Of a stretch of DNA of 38,686 nucleotides, positions 32,320 to 38,686 are shown piece by piece. Made by a program: the position numbers and the translations under genes. How positions within the stretch are numbered: the stretch's first letter is position 1; each line of letters opens with the position of its first letter. Source of the DNA: Eubacteriales bacterium (GTDB lineage Bacteria > Bacillota > Clostridia > Oscillospirales > CAG-272); the NCBI GenBank assembly GCA_045633665.1, contig JAZQYT010000012.1, forward strand, positions 1 to 38,686, in the 5' to 3' direction. The notes under the pieces were generated by a model. The model saw nothing but the letters and a program-made list of their open reading frames with translations, searched no databases and had not been told where the DNA came from.

Positions 32320-34323
32320 TTATTGATCCGTATAACGGTCCGAGGGCGTCATGGGGGCAAAGCCCTCGCCGCCGTCCTCAAAGAATTTCCCGAAGAACTC
32401 CAGATACTGCAATCTGCTTGTATGCACGAACGAGCCAAGCACGTTGAGTGCCATATTGACCGTGTGACCGATCAGTGCGACCACCAGCAACACAAGGATG
32501 CGGATCAGCACGTCCACGATCATATTGTCAAACAAGCCGCCGATCATGCTGCCAAACACGGTACCGACCATATTGATAACCTGCGCAATCACCGCCGAAG
32601 CAAGTCCCAGTGCAAGAATTCTGGAGTAAGAAAGCAGGTCGGCCGCGTAGTTGATGGCATCGTAAAGTCCAAGCAACCCCTTGAAGAATTTCATAATGGG
32701 ATTTTTGGCGCTTCTGCCCGCGGTGCATACGATCATCAGCACACCAAGTGCGATCATGACAATGCCTGCGATCTTGTGTAAGAACACCACACCGATACCC
32801 GCAAAAATGATCAGCCACGAGCCTACGTCAAAGATAGCCGCGAATACGTGCTTGTCCTTACAAAGCAGCACGAACTTGACGATCATACCCGCCAGAAGGT
32901 GGACAGCACCCATTGCAAGTGAAATCACAAGGAAGGTCATAGGTTGGGACAGGGGGTTGAGTACGATGGTCTCTGTACCCAACGTCAGCTGGCCGTTGAA
33001 GAACGGAACTGCCTGGATCGCCGCATCGGTGCTTTCGTAAAGCCCCAGCACGTTGACCATGATGGCATATGGCAAATCTCCGAACCAACCGCCGAAGATC
33101 ACACCGCACAAGGTACACGCAATACCGCAATAGCCAAACATATTGAAGGTGCGGCGCATGCCGTCACGCATCTTGACGATGGGCGGGATCAAAAATCCTC
33201 CCAACGTAAGCAATACACCGTATCCTACGTCGGCAAACATCAAACCAAAGATCAGGAAGTAGAAGATACTCATGATCATGGTGGGATCGTACGTGCCGTA
33301 CTTGGGGTAGGAATACATACCCACAACCCATTCGAAATTCTGTGCAAATTTATTGTTGCGCAGCAGCACGGGAGGCTCTTCTCCCTCATCGGGCTCATCA
33401 AACGCAAAGGCGCATTCCGCCTCGTCCAAGGCACTCGCGACCTTATCCACCGTCCGCAAGGGCGCCCAGCCCTGCAGCATCGCGCAATAGTTAGTCTGCG
33501 CAAGCTTCTGCTTGGCAACGGCAGCGGTCAGATTGGAGTTTTCCAGATCCCACAGCATCTCAAGGTCGTCCAGCATGCCTGCGATCCCCGTGAATTGTTG
33601 CCTGATCTGCGCAAGCTCGGCCTGCAGTACCGCGCAAGCCTGTTTATGATCGTTGTATTCTTTTCTGGCAGGCGCCGAGAACTCCTTGAGCGAGGCTCTG
33701 AGAAAGCCATGTTCACTCAGCACGCGCTGCACCACAGCGGCATATGTGCGGTGATAAATGACCGACGCATATTCACCGTCATCGTCCGAGAACACACCCT
33801 CGACCAGGGCGCAATGCTCGGCAAGTGCCTCGTTGACGGCTTCCAGCTTGGTTTTGGGCGGGAACGAGCCCAGCTGCACCTCGCAGCTTTGCGTGGCCTC
33901 GGTCCCCAGCGGCACCGTATAGGTCAACCAAGGGGCCAACGTGTGCATGCGCGCCATGAGTGCAACGATCTCTGCGTTGCATGCGTTCTCGCGCTGCTTG
34001 AGCGCAAGCGTGCGCTCCACGGCCTGTGTTGCGGCATCATACCGCTCGGCCATAAATTTTTCCGTATCCAGCTGTTTTCTGGTTTGCACCAATCCTTTTC
34101 TCTCGGAGAATTTGGCAAGGATCTCCAAAGCGTCCCCTACGGCAGTCAAGCGCCGCTCGGCATCCGCTCGTTGCGCGTCACAATCCATGCGCGCAAGCAC
34201 TTCCTGCGCGTTCTCCACCTCGCGCACCTGCACACAGCGCAAGCGCATCAATCGGTGGATCAGCGCATCGGCCTGATCCTTTGGGGCAAACACAGTCAGC
34301 TTTCGCATCGTGCTTACTGACAT
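32320..34323 (-). CDS. atpI: V/A-type ATPase subunit I (a-type stator/channel subunit, 667 aa)
   Basis: A soluble N-terminal half of about 330 aa is followed by about 7-8 TM helices. It occupies the position before K. The start could be M1 (34323) or M6 (34308). Confidence 0.9.
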   Translation of the reverse strand: MSVSTMRKLTVFAPKDQADALIHRLMRLRCVQVREVENAQEVLARMDCDAQRADAERRLTAVGDALEILAKFSERKGLVQTRKQLDTEKFMAERYDAATQAVERTLALKQRENACNAEIVALMARMHTLAPWLTYTVPLGTEATQSCEVQLGSFPPKTKLEAVNEALAEHCALVEGVFSDDDGEYASVIYHRTYAAVVQRVLSEHGFLRASLKEFSAPARKEYNDHKQACAVLQAELAQIRQQFTGIAGMLDDLEMLWDLENSNLTAAVAKQKLAQTNYCAMLQGWAPLRTVDKVASALDEAECAFAFDEPDEGEEPPVLLRNNKFAQNFEWVVGMYSYPKYGTYDPTMIMSIFYFLIFGLMFADVGYGVLLTLGGFLIPPIVKMRDGMRRTFNMFGYCGIACTLCGVIFGGWFGDLPYAIMVNVLGLYESTDAAIQAVPFFNGQLTLGTETIVLNPLSQPMTFLVISLAMGAVHLLAGMIVKFVLLCKDKHVFAAIFDVGSWLIIFAGIGVVFLHKIAGIVMIALGVLMIVCTAGRSAKNPIMKFFKGLLGLYDAINYAADLLSYSRILALGLASAVIAQVINMVGTVFGSMIGGLFDNMIVDVLIRILVLLVVALIGHTVNMALNVLGSFVHTSRLQYLEFFGKFFEDGGEGFAPMTPSDRYTDQ

Positions 34324-34643
34324 TGCTCCATGATCCCCCAGACGATTGCCTTGACCGCCTCTTCCATATGAAGCTCGGCCATTTTATTCATGTTTTCCGC
34401 GTCCTGTTGTGCGCTCTGCAGGCTTCTTTGCAAAATCTGCTCGCTGCGGCTCTGCATGTCGTCCAGCATGGCACGCAGGTTACTTTCGGTTTCCTGCTCC
34501 ATCTTTTCGCGGTCCTCGTTGCTCTTTTGTGCGGTCTCGGCATACATGGCTTGCGCCCTTTCCTTTGCTGCATCAATGATCTCGGCAGCCTGCGCCTCGG
34601 CCTGTGTGATCTTCAGAATCGTTTCCTTTGACAAAAGGTTCAC
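34314..34643 (-). CDS. Small all-helical V/A-type ATPase peripheral-stalk subunit (G/H-like, 109 aa)
   Basis: It is the first gene of the operon. The charged Ala/Glu/Gln-rich helix ILKITQAEAQAAEIIDAAKERAQAMYAE... fits a stalk subunit. The ORF-track GTG start at 34643 has only a 2-nt RBS spacing, so a TTG three codons in is possible. Confidence 0.6.
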   Translation of the reverse strand: MNLLSKETILKITQAEAQAAEIIDAAKERAQAMYAETAQKSNEDREKMEQETESNLRAMLDDMQSRSEQILQRSLQSAQQDAENMNKMAELHMEEAVKAIVWGIMEQCQ

Positions 34644-34698
34644 CGTCCTTTTTTATATGATTCCGTGCGGCTTTCAATATTTTGCCACTATAAAGTAT

Positions 34699-34727
34699 AT
34701 TTTACCATAAATCCCTTACAAATGCAA
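34699..34727 (-). promoter_or_regulatory. Candidate promoter of the V-ATPase operon: TTGCAT-17-TGgTAAAAT
   Basis: The plus strand reads atgcaa at 34722-34727 and atttta at 34699-34704, with a 17-nt spacer and an extended -10 TG. It is about 55 nt upstream of the first ORF. Confidence 0.5.
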
Positions 34728-34774
34728 GAGATTTCATTTAATTTCCCTCGTAAACCTCGAAATTTTCAACGCGT

Positions 34775-35389
34775 TCAAACATTTTTCGCACTTCCTGCAA
34801 GCATTGGCACAAAATCCTGCATTGCCCCTGTCTTTCTCGGAACAAAATCAATGCAAAGCCCCGTGTGCAGCTCCGCATATCCGTCCGCGCCCGCGTTGTG
34901 ATACAGCACCGCACCGTCGTCCTCCAGCCAGATCCCCTCGGGACGCTTGCCGCCCACGCGAAGCGCACGTAAGGCAGGCACGTGTACAAGAAAATATTTG
35001 AGCGGAATGATCACACCGCGCCCCATGTCCCACACCTCCGCGCTGCGGTGACAAATCGGGTATTCGCCCGTCACACCACTGTTTTTGATGCTGTCGGTCA
35101 CCACCGACAAAAACTGCCCCTGCTGCCATACCACCTGCGTTTGCATACGGCAGATCATGGGACGAAACCCGAACATGCGGTTTGATTTTTGCGCCGCGTA
35201 TTCCTCCCGCAGCACCTTTCCCTGCTTATGCTCCGCCCACGAAAGATACGCCATGGCAGCATTTTCATAGCACGCGTTGAACTTTTCAAAATCTTTGCCC
35301 TCTGCCCTGACAAAGGTAGCCTGTGCGCGCAGCACCACAGCACCGCTCTGCATCACGCATACCTGCTTTGTTATTTGCTTGATCTGCAT
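34775..35389 (-). CDS. Hypothetical cytoplasmic protein (204 aa)
   Basis: Clean ORF with a G-rich RBS (GGGGGGGATTTTATG). I see no signal peptide or TM helix, and I recognise no motif with confidence. Confidence 0.6.
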   Translation of the reverse strand: MQIKQITKQVCVMQSGAVVLRAQATFVRAEGKDFEKFNACYENAAMAYLSWAEHKQGKVLREEYAAQKSNRMFGFRPMICRMQTQVVWQQGQFLSVVTDSIKNSGVTGEYPICHRSAEVWDMGRGVIIPLKYFLVHVPALRALRVGGKRPEGIWLEDDGAVLYHNAGADGYAELHTGLCIDFVPRKTGAMQDFVPMLAGSAKNV

Positions 35390-35435
35390 AAAATCCCCCC
35401 CTTGTTAAGTTTTATTCGTGCAAGGGAAAGAATAT

Positions 35436-35471
35436 GAAAAGCGGCAGCCTACTCCAAAGTAAGCCACCGCT
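35436..35471 (-). terminator. Rho-independent terminator of the CvpA-family gene
   Basis: The minus strand reads GCGGTGGCTTAC-tttgga-GTAGGCTGCCGC, a 12-bp stem with three G-U pairs, followed by TTTTCATATTC. Confidence 0.7.
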
Positions 35472-35492
35472 TTTATTTGTTTTTTGCTTGGT

Positions 35493-37094
35493 TCAGCCCT
35501 CGATCGAGCCGTTCGGAATGCTGCTCAGGTCCCCGTCCGGGATCCCGTCACCGTCAAGGTCAATACCGCCCGTGCTGCCCATCAGGCTGCCGGATGCGTA
35601 GTTGAGCACAAAGTCGATCACTTCCGCCTCGGTCACAACGTCCTGCCCTGCAAACTCGTTGATGATCGCCTCGGCAACCTCGTCCACCAGCTCGGGGCTG
35701 ACGACTGCGGCTGCATCCTGCTCGCCAAGATATTCCTGCACAATGCCGGTCAACGCCTGGCTGAGCTGCTCGGGATCGTTCTTGTTGGCATTGATCGATT
35801 CGGTCAGCTTGCCTGTCAGCTCCTTGTCGCCCATATCCAAGGCCTGCGTCACGGCACGCACGCAAAGACGCTTGATCTCTATCGCCATAGGCGCAAGATG
35901 CTCGTTTTTCTCAAAGCATTCGCTCACCTTTTGGATCATGCCCGAATTGCCCGAAAAAATATTCATCAGCGCATCGGAATCCTCGAGATTTGCAAAAATT
36001 TTGTATTCCAGCATCATGTCCAGCACGTCGATCAGCGTATTCAGATCTGCGATCAGCAGCTCGCCGTCCACGGTTGCCATGATATTGAGAAGCACCTCAA
36101 ACGTAGGATCGATCAGCTCGCCAAGTTGCGGGCGTTCAATGCCCAAAAGAGCGTCACCGCGCGCCCAGTTGTCGCACATCTCCGCGATCAGCGAGGCCAT
36201 CAGATCCGGCATCAGAACGGCACGGTCCAGCGTTTCCACCATGTCCCCCAGCGCCTCTACGCTCTGCTCGGGAGAGGATGCAAAATCGGCCTTTGCAAAG
36301 CTTTGCAACGAGCGCACAAGGCCAATGGCCGTGATCGCCTCGGTTTCCAGGCTGAATTCGCTGCCGTTGTATGCAGTAGATGTCATGTGGTCAAATATCG
36401 GACGCCCCAGCGTGCCGTACGACACCTTGAGAAAACGGTTGTCCTTGATCGGAGTAACGTAATCCTGTACGATAAAATATAGTTTTTCATCAGCACTTGA
36501 GCCCTCGCGCGAAAACGAGTCGCTGTCAAGGCCGTCGAAATAAGCATCGGAAATATTGTGCAGCATATTTGCATAGCCGCTGATCGGCAAAAGCAGGATC
36601 GCCAAGAGCAAGCAAGCATTGAGCAAGCCCACGCACGCGCCGGAAATACGCGACCAAAGAGGCACGTAGCGCTTGATCCTGACCGTTTCACCCTCCTCAT
36701 TCACCGTCTTGCGTCCGGGCTTGTAAACAAACAGCAAAATAAAGCCGATGATGGCATGGAAGATCCCAAAAAAGGCCAAAAACAGCAGCGGCGTGATCAT
36801 CACACCCACAAGCATGGGCAAAAGCGCGATCAGCCCGTCAAATTCCGCAAACACCTGTTCAAGCGAAAGCCCGAATAAGCCCGTAATCCATAAGACCAGC
36901 GGATATACGTAATCGCGTGCAACGGTGGTGAAATCCCTGGACAAAAAGCACGCCAAAAACGCGCTCAAAGCAAGATTTCCGGTTGTCATCAAGGCTTTGA
37001 TCAAGCCTCTGTGCCATCCCCTGAACGCAAATATCAACCCAAGCACTGCAATGGCTACGGTTATCACGACAGAAATGATTTGTCCCAACGCCAT
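35493..37094 (-). CDS. CvpA-family membrane protein with a large C-terminal extension (533 aa)
   Basis: The N-terminus MALGQIISVVITVAIAVLGLIFAFRGWHRGLIKAL... and about 4 TM helices match the CvpA (colicin V production) pattern. A soluble acidic domain of about 330 aa follows. AGGAG RBS. Confidence 0.7.
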   Translation of the reverse strand: MALGQIISVVITVAIAVLGLIFAFRGWHRGLIKALMTTGNLALSAFLACFLSRDFTTVARDYVYPLVLWITGLFGLSLEQVFAEFDGLIALLPMLVGVMITPLLFLAFFGIFHAIIGFILLFVYKPGRKTVNEEGETVRIKRYVPLWSRISGACVGLLNACLLLAILLLPISGYANMLHNISDAYFDGLDSDSFSREGSSADEKLYFIVQDYVTPIKDNRFLKVSYGTLGRPIFDHMTSTAYNGSEFSLETEAITAIGLVRSLQSFAKADFASSPEQSVEALGDMVETLDRAVLMPDLMASLIAEMCDNWARGDALLGIERPQLGELIDPTFEVLLNIMATVDGELLIADLNTLIDVLDMMLEYKIFANLEDSDALMNIFSGNSGMIQKVSECFEKNEHLAPMAIEIKRLCVRAVTQALDMGDKELTGKLTESINANKNDPEQLSQALTGIVQEYLGEQDAAAVVSPELVDEVAEAIINEFAGQDVVTEAEVIDFVLNYASGSLMGSTGGIDLDGDGIPDGDLSSIPNGSIEG

Positions 37095-37141
37095 GGCTTC
37101 TTCTCCTTTTCTTTGGATTTCATCGGTATAGTCCTACTAAT

Positions 37142-37170
37142 ATCATACAACATTTCCCCGCTTTTGTCAA
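37142..37170 (-). promoter_or_regulatory. SigA-type promoter of the CvpA-family gene: TTGACA-17-TATGAT
   Basis: The plus strand reads tgtcaa at 37165-37170 and atcata at 37142-37147, with a 17-nt spacer. Confidence 0.65.
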
Positions 37171-37265
37171 CTGCAGGCAAAAAAACACCGCGCACATGCG
37201 TCGTCATACCCAAAGCAGAAAGAGAGAATATGAAGATGCGCGTGCGCGGATGCACTTGGAAAATA

Positions 37266-37718
37266 TTATTCTTCGGTTTCCAGTACGATGCTCGAAGCGC
37301 CCACGCTGACCATCCAGCCCGCACCGGCCACCTCAGCCTTGCCCTGTTCGATCTCGGCAGCATACTCTTGCTGGTAATATTGCACCAAAGTATCTACGTC
37401 CTCGATTGCGGAGGCACCTACGCCGAGCTGCAATACCCAATCACCCGTTTCGGGGTTCTCGTAATAGGCGCGAACCACGCCCGTGATCTCGCCCTGCAGC
37501 ACAACACCGTCGGCAGCCAGCTTGTTTGTAAACTCTGCAAGAGCCGCATCGTCATAGCGCTCAACGGTAGCAAATTCCACGGTTTCCAGCTCAGCCTGCA
37601 ATGCATCCAGTAATACCACGGACGCGCTGTCCCCGATCTTATTCTCGATTGCAGCGCAGGATGCAAAGCACCCCATGCAAATAAGCAGCGTCAGAGCCAT
37701 CGTCAAAATCTTTTTCAT
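37266..37718 (-). CDS. Small lipoprotein (150 aa), paralog of 37757..38173
   Basis: Signal and lipobox MKKILTMALTLLICMGCFASC. It shares LDALQ.E.E......, L.G.ITG......YE...TG..VL...VG with the upstream gene. Confidence 0.75.
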   Translation of the reverse strand: MKKILTMALTLLICMGCFASCAAIENKIGDSASVVLLDALQAELETVEFATVERYDDAALAEFTNKLAADGVVLQGEITGVVRAYYENPETGDWVLQLGVGASAIEDVDTLVQYYQQEYAAEIEQGKAEVAGAGWMVSVGASSIVLETEE

Positions 37719-37756
37719 GTTTTTTCACCTCATCTTGTTTTTCGCAGTTCCATGCA

Positions 37757-38173
37757 TCAGGTCAGCATGTATTCGATCTGTACGTAATACTGATAAGCAG
37801 CGTAAGAAACGTCGGGGGCAATCGCCTCCAGGCTGTCAACGTAGACCTCACCTATTGCCCGGGCATCCGATTTGTGGGTTGTACCCACTATAATGCCAAG
37901 CACGTGCTTGCCGGTTGCTTGATCCTCGTAAACGTATTCCATCATGCCGGTGATCTTTCCTTTAAGCAAGATCCCCGAGTCAGCCACAAGCGATTCCGCA
38001 TAGGACGTCACACCCACGTCCTGCCAGCGCGAGCAATCGTAGCCCGCCTGTTCAAATTCCTGCTGCAGCGCATCCAACTTCTGAATGGATTGCTGCTCCT
38101 TGATGTCGGCACACGACACAAGCATCACAACGCTCACCAAGAGCAACGCCAACGCCATCGCGATTCGTTTCAT
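37757..38173 (-). CDS. Small lipoprotein (138 aa), paralog of 37266..37718
   Basis: I place the start at the ATG at 38171-38173 (GGAGG 7 nt upstream), which gives MKRIAMALALLLVSVVMLVSC. The longer ORF-track start at 38338 lacks an RBS and would run through the promoter. Confidence 0.75.
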   Translation of the reverse strand: MKRIAMALALLLVSVVMLVSCADIKEQQSIQKLDALQQEFEQAGYDCSRWQDVGVTSYAESLVADSGILLKGKITGMMEYVYEDQATGKHVLGIIVGTTHKSDARAIGEVYVDSLEAIAPDVSYAAYQYYVQIEYMLT

Positions 38174-38219
38174 GCCATAACCTCCGTTTTTGCACGTAGC
38201 CGTACTGCATAATAGTATT

Positions 38220-38248
38220 ATTATAGCATTGCCTGCAAAAAAAGTCAA
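38220..38248 (-). promoter_or_regulatory. SigA-type promoter of the lipoprotein pair: TTGACT-17-TGcTATAAT
   Basis: The plus strand reads agtcaa at 38243-38248 and attata at 38220-38225, with a 17-nt spacer. Confidence 0.65.
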
Positions 38249-38424
38249 GAGCTCGCGATCATTCATATTCCGCCCATGCGTGAAAAGCGCGTGAAAGAAT
38301 ACGAAAAAATACAGAAAGACAGCGCATTTTTCGCACACGGCACAACAAAACGCCGCGCAAAAAGCATCTCAAGAATTTTTGCAAAAAATTTTGCAAAAAA
38401 ATAAAACTTTTTTTCAAAAAGGGG

Positions 38425-38453
38425 TTGCATTTTTGAAAATGATGTGATATAAT
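38425..38453 (+). promoter_or_regulatory. SigA-type promoter of tRNA-Glu: TTGCAT-17-TGaTATAAT
   Basis: ttgcat at 38425-38430 and tataat at 38448-38453, with a 17-nt spacer and an extended -10. The tRNA 5' end is 18 nt downstream. An AT-rich region lies upstream. Confidence 0.7.
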
Positions 38454-38471
38454 AAGCAAGTCGTCAAGAAC

Positions 38472-38546
38472 GGCCCGTTGGTCAAGCGGTCAAGACGCTA
38501 GCCTCTCACGCTGGAAACATGGGTTCGATTCCCGTACGGGTCACCA
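38472..38546 (+). tRNA. tRNA-Glu, anticodon CUC, 75 nt with encoded CCA
   Basis: Hand-folded cloverleaf. Acceptor GGCCCGT/ACGGGTC (one G-U). D arm GTC-AAGCGGTCAA-GAC. Anticodon arm CTAGC-CTCTCAC-GCTGG. T arm ATGGG-TTCGATT-CCCGT. Discriminator A plus CCA. It closely resembles Bacillus tRNA-Glu outside the anticodon arm. Confidence 0.9.
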
Positions 38547-38554
38547 CAAAAAGG

Positions 38555-38588
38555 CAAGGCACACTCTGGAGTGTGCCTTGTCTTTTTG
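38555..38588 (+). terminator. Rho-independent terminator after tRNA-Glu
   Basis: CAAGGCACACTC/GAGTGTGCCTTG are complementary arms of 11-12 bp (38555-38580), followed by TCTTTTTG. Confidence 0.85.
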
Positions 38589-38686
38589 CTATGATCCAAG
38601 AAAGAATCGAGCCCCTCACCGCGCAGCGGTGATCTGCGTGCGCGGCACAAGCCTTGGATGGGCACTTATTTTCGGCGCACGCATGG

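Noticed and set aside
258-36482. Many very long plus-strand ORFs lie antisense to the minus-strand genes. Examples are 258..1736 (492 aa), 4818..6047, 9364..10632, 10645..12258, 14758..16578 (606 aa), 18933..20801 (622 aa), 21963..23573, 23311..24795, 26230..28077 (615 aa), 28129..29529, 32944..34320 and 35484..36482.
   Set aside because: Every one lies opposite a gene with unmistakable family motifs (LeuS, PilB, PilT, PilC, V-ATPase A, B and I, and others). Their translations are low-complexity and rich in Arg, Gly, His and Leu, with no recognisable motifs and no RBSs. Long antisense 'shadow' ORFs are expected when the sense strand rarely uses TTA, CTA or TCA codons in a GC3-rich genome.
7771-38338. 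Longer N-terminal extensions offered by the ORF track for five genes: 7771..9252, 13344..13865, 16878..18809, 23497..25131 and 37757..38338.
   Set aside because: In each case an internal ATG or GTG is preceded by a good GGAGG/AGGAG at 7-9 nt and yields a sensible N-terminus (lipoprotein signal, prepilin leader, and so on). The upstream start has no RBS, or it overlaps the promoter or the preceding gene more extensively.
38547-38686. The tRNA-Glu 3' flank as an integration site (att) for a mobile element.
   Set aside because: Only about 100 nt of sequence remain after the tRNA terminator. There is no integrase and no repeat of the tRNA 3' end, so the idea cannot be evaluated from this window.
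1-38686. CRISPR arrays, transposases or IS elements, prophage genes, restriction-modification systems, toxin-antitoxin pairs or other known defence systems.
   Set aside because: I found no regularly spaced direct repeats and no ORF with integrase, transposase, nuclease or methylase hallmarks. The only repeats are the REP-like palindromes and the in-frame protein repeats already reported.

Overview
This is 38.7 kb of a chromosome at roughly 55% GC by eye. It looks like Firmicutes/Clostridia, and my guess of an Oscillospiraceae/Ruminococcaceae-like anaerobe cannot be verified here. I call 30 protein genes and 1 tRNA; every CDS except one is on the minus strand.

Reading along the minus-strand direction of transcription (high to low coordinates):
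- tRNA-Glu(CUC), on the plus strand at the right edge.
- Two tandem paralogous lipoproteins.
- A CvpA-family membrane protein and a 204-aa hypothetical protein.
- A complete nine-gene V/A-type ATPase operon (G/H-like, I, K, E, C, F, A, B, D) whose K subunit carries the Na+-binding signature.
- An apparently single ~15.8 kb transcription unit: AgrC-like orphan histidine kinase, pilB, pilT, pilC, a peptidase-only pilD, a natural pilM-pilN fusion, a 691-aa PilO-like protein with tandem C-terminal repeats, three pilin-like genes, and a 1300-aa Sec-secreted, C-terminally anchored InlB-B-repeat surface protein.
- A monocistronic orphan ABC solute-binding lipoprotein.
- A strikingly AT-rich (~35% GC) membrane-protein gene flanked by GC-rich palindromic REP-like repeats.
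- leuS, rpsU, a plus-strand Gfo/Idh/MocA oxidoreductase, and a secreted surface protein.

Most transcription units have near-consensus SigA-type promoters (TTGACA-17-TATAAT) and clear rho-independent terminators.

I found no CRISPR array, transposase, integrase, phage gene or recognisable defence gene.

The most unusual content is the kinase-to-adhesin type IV pilus locus and its oversized alignment-complex proteins. I cannot establish from sequence alone that any of it is undescribed.

All calls come from reading the sequence and ORF translations. No searches or computations were run.
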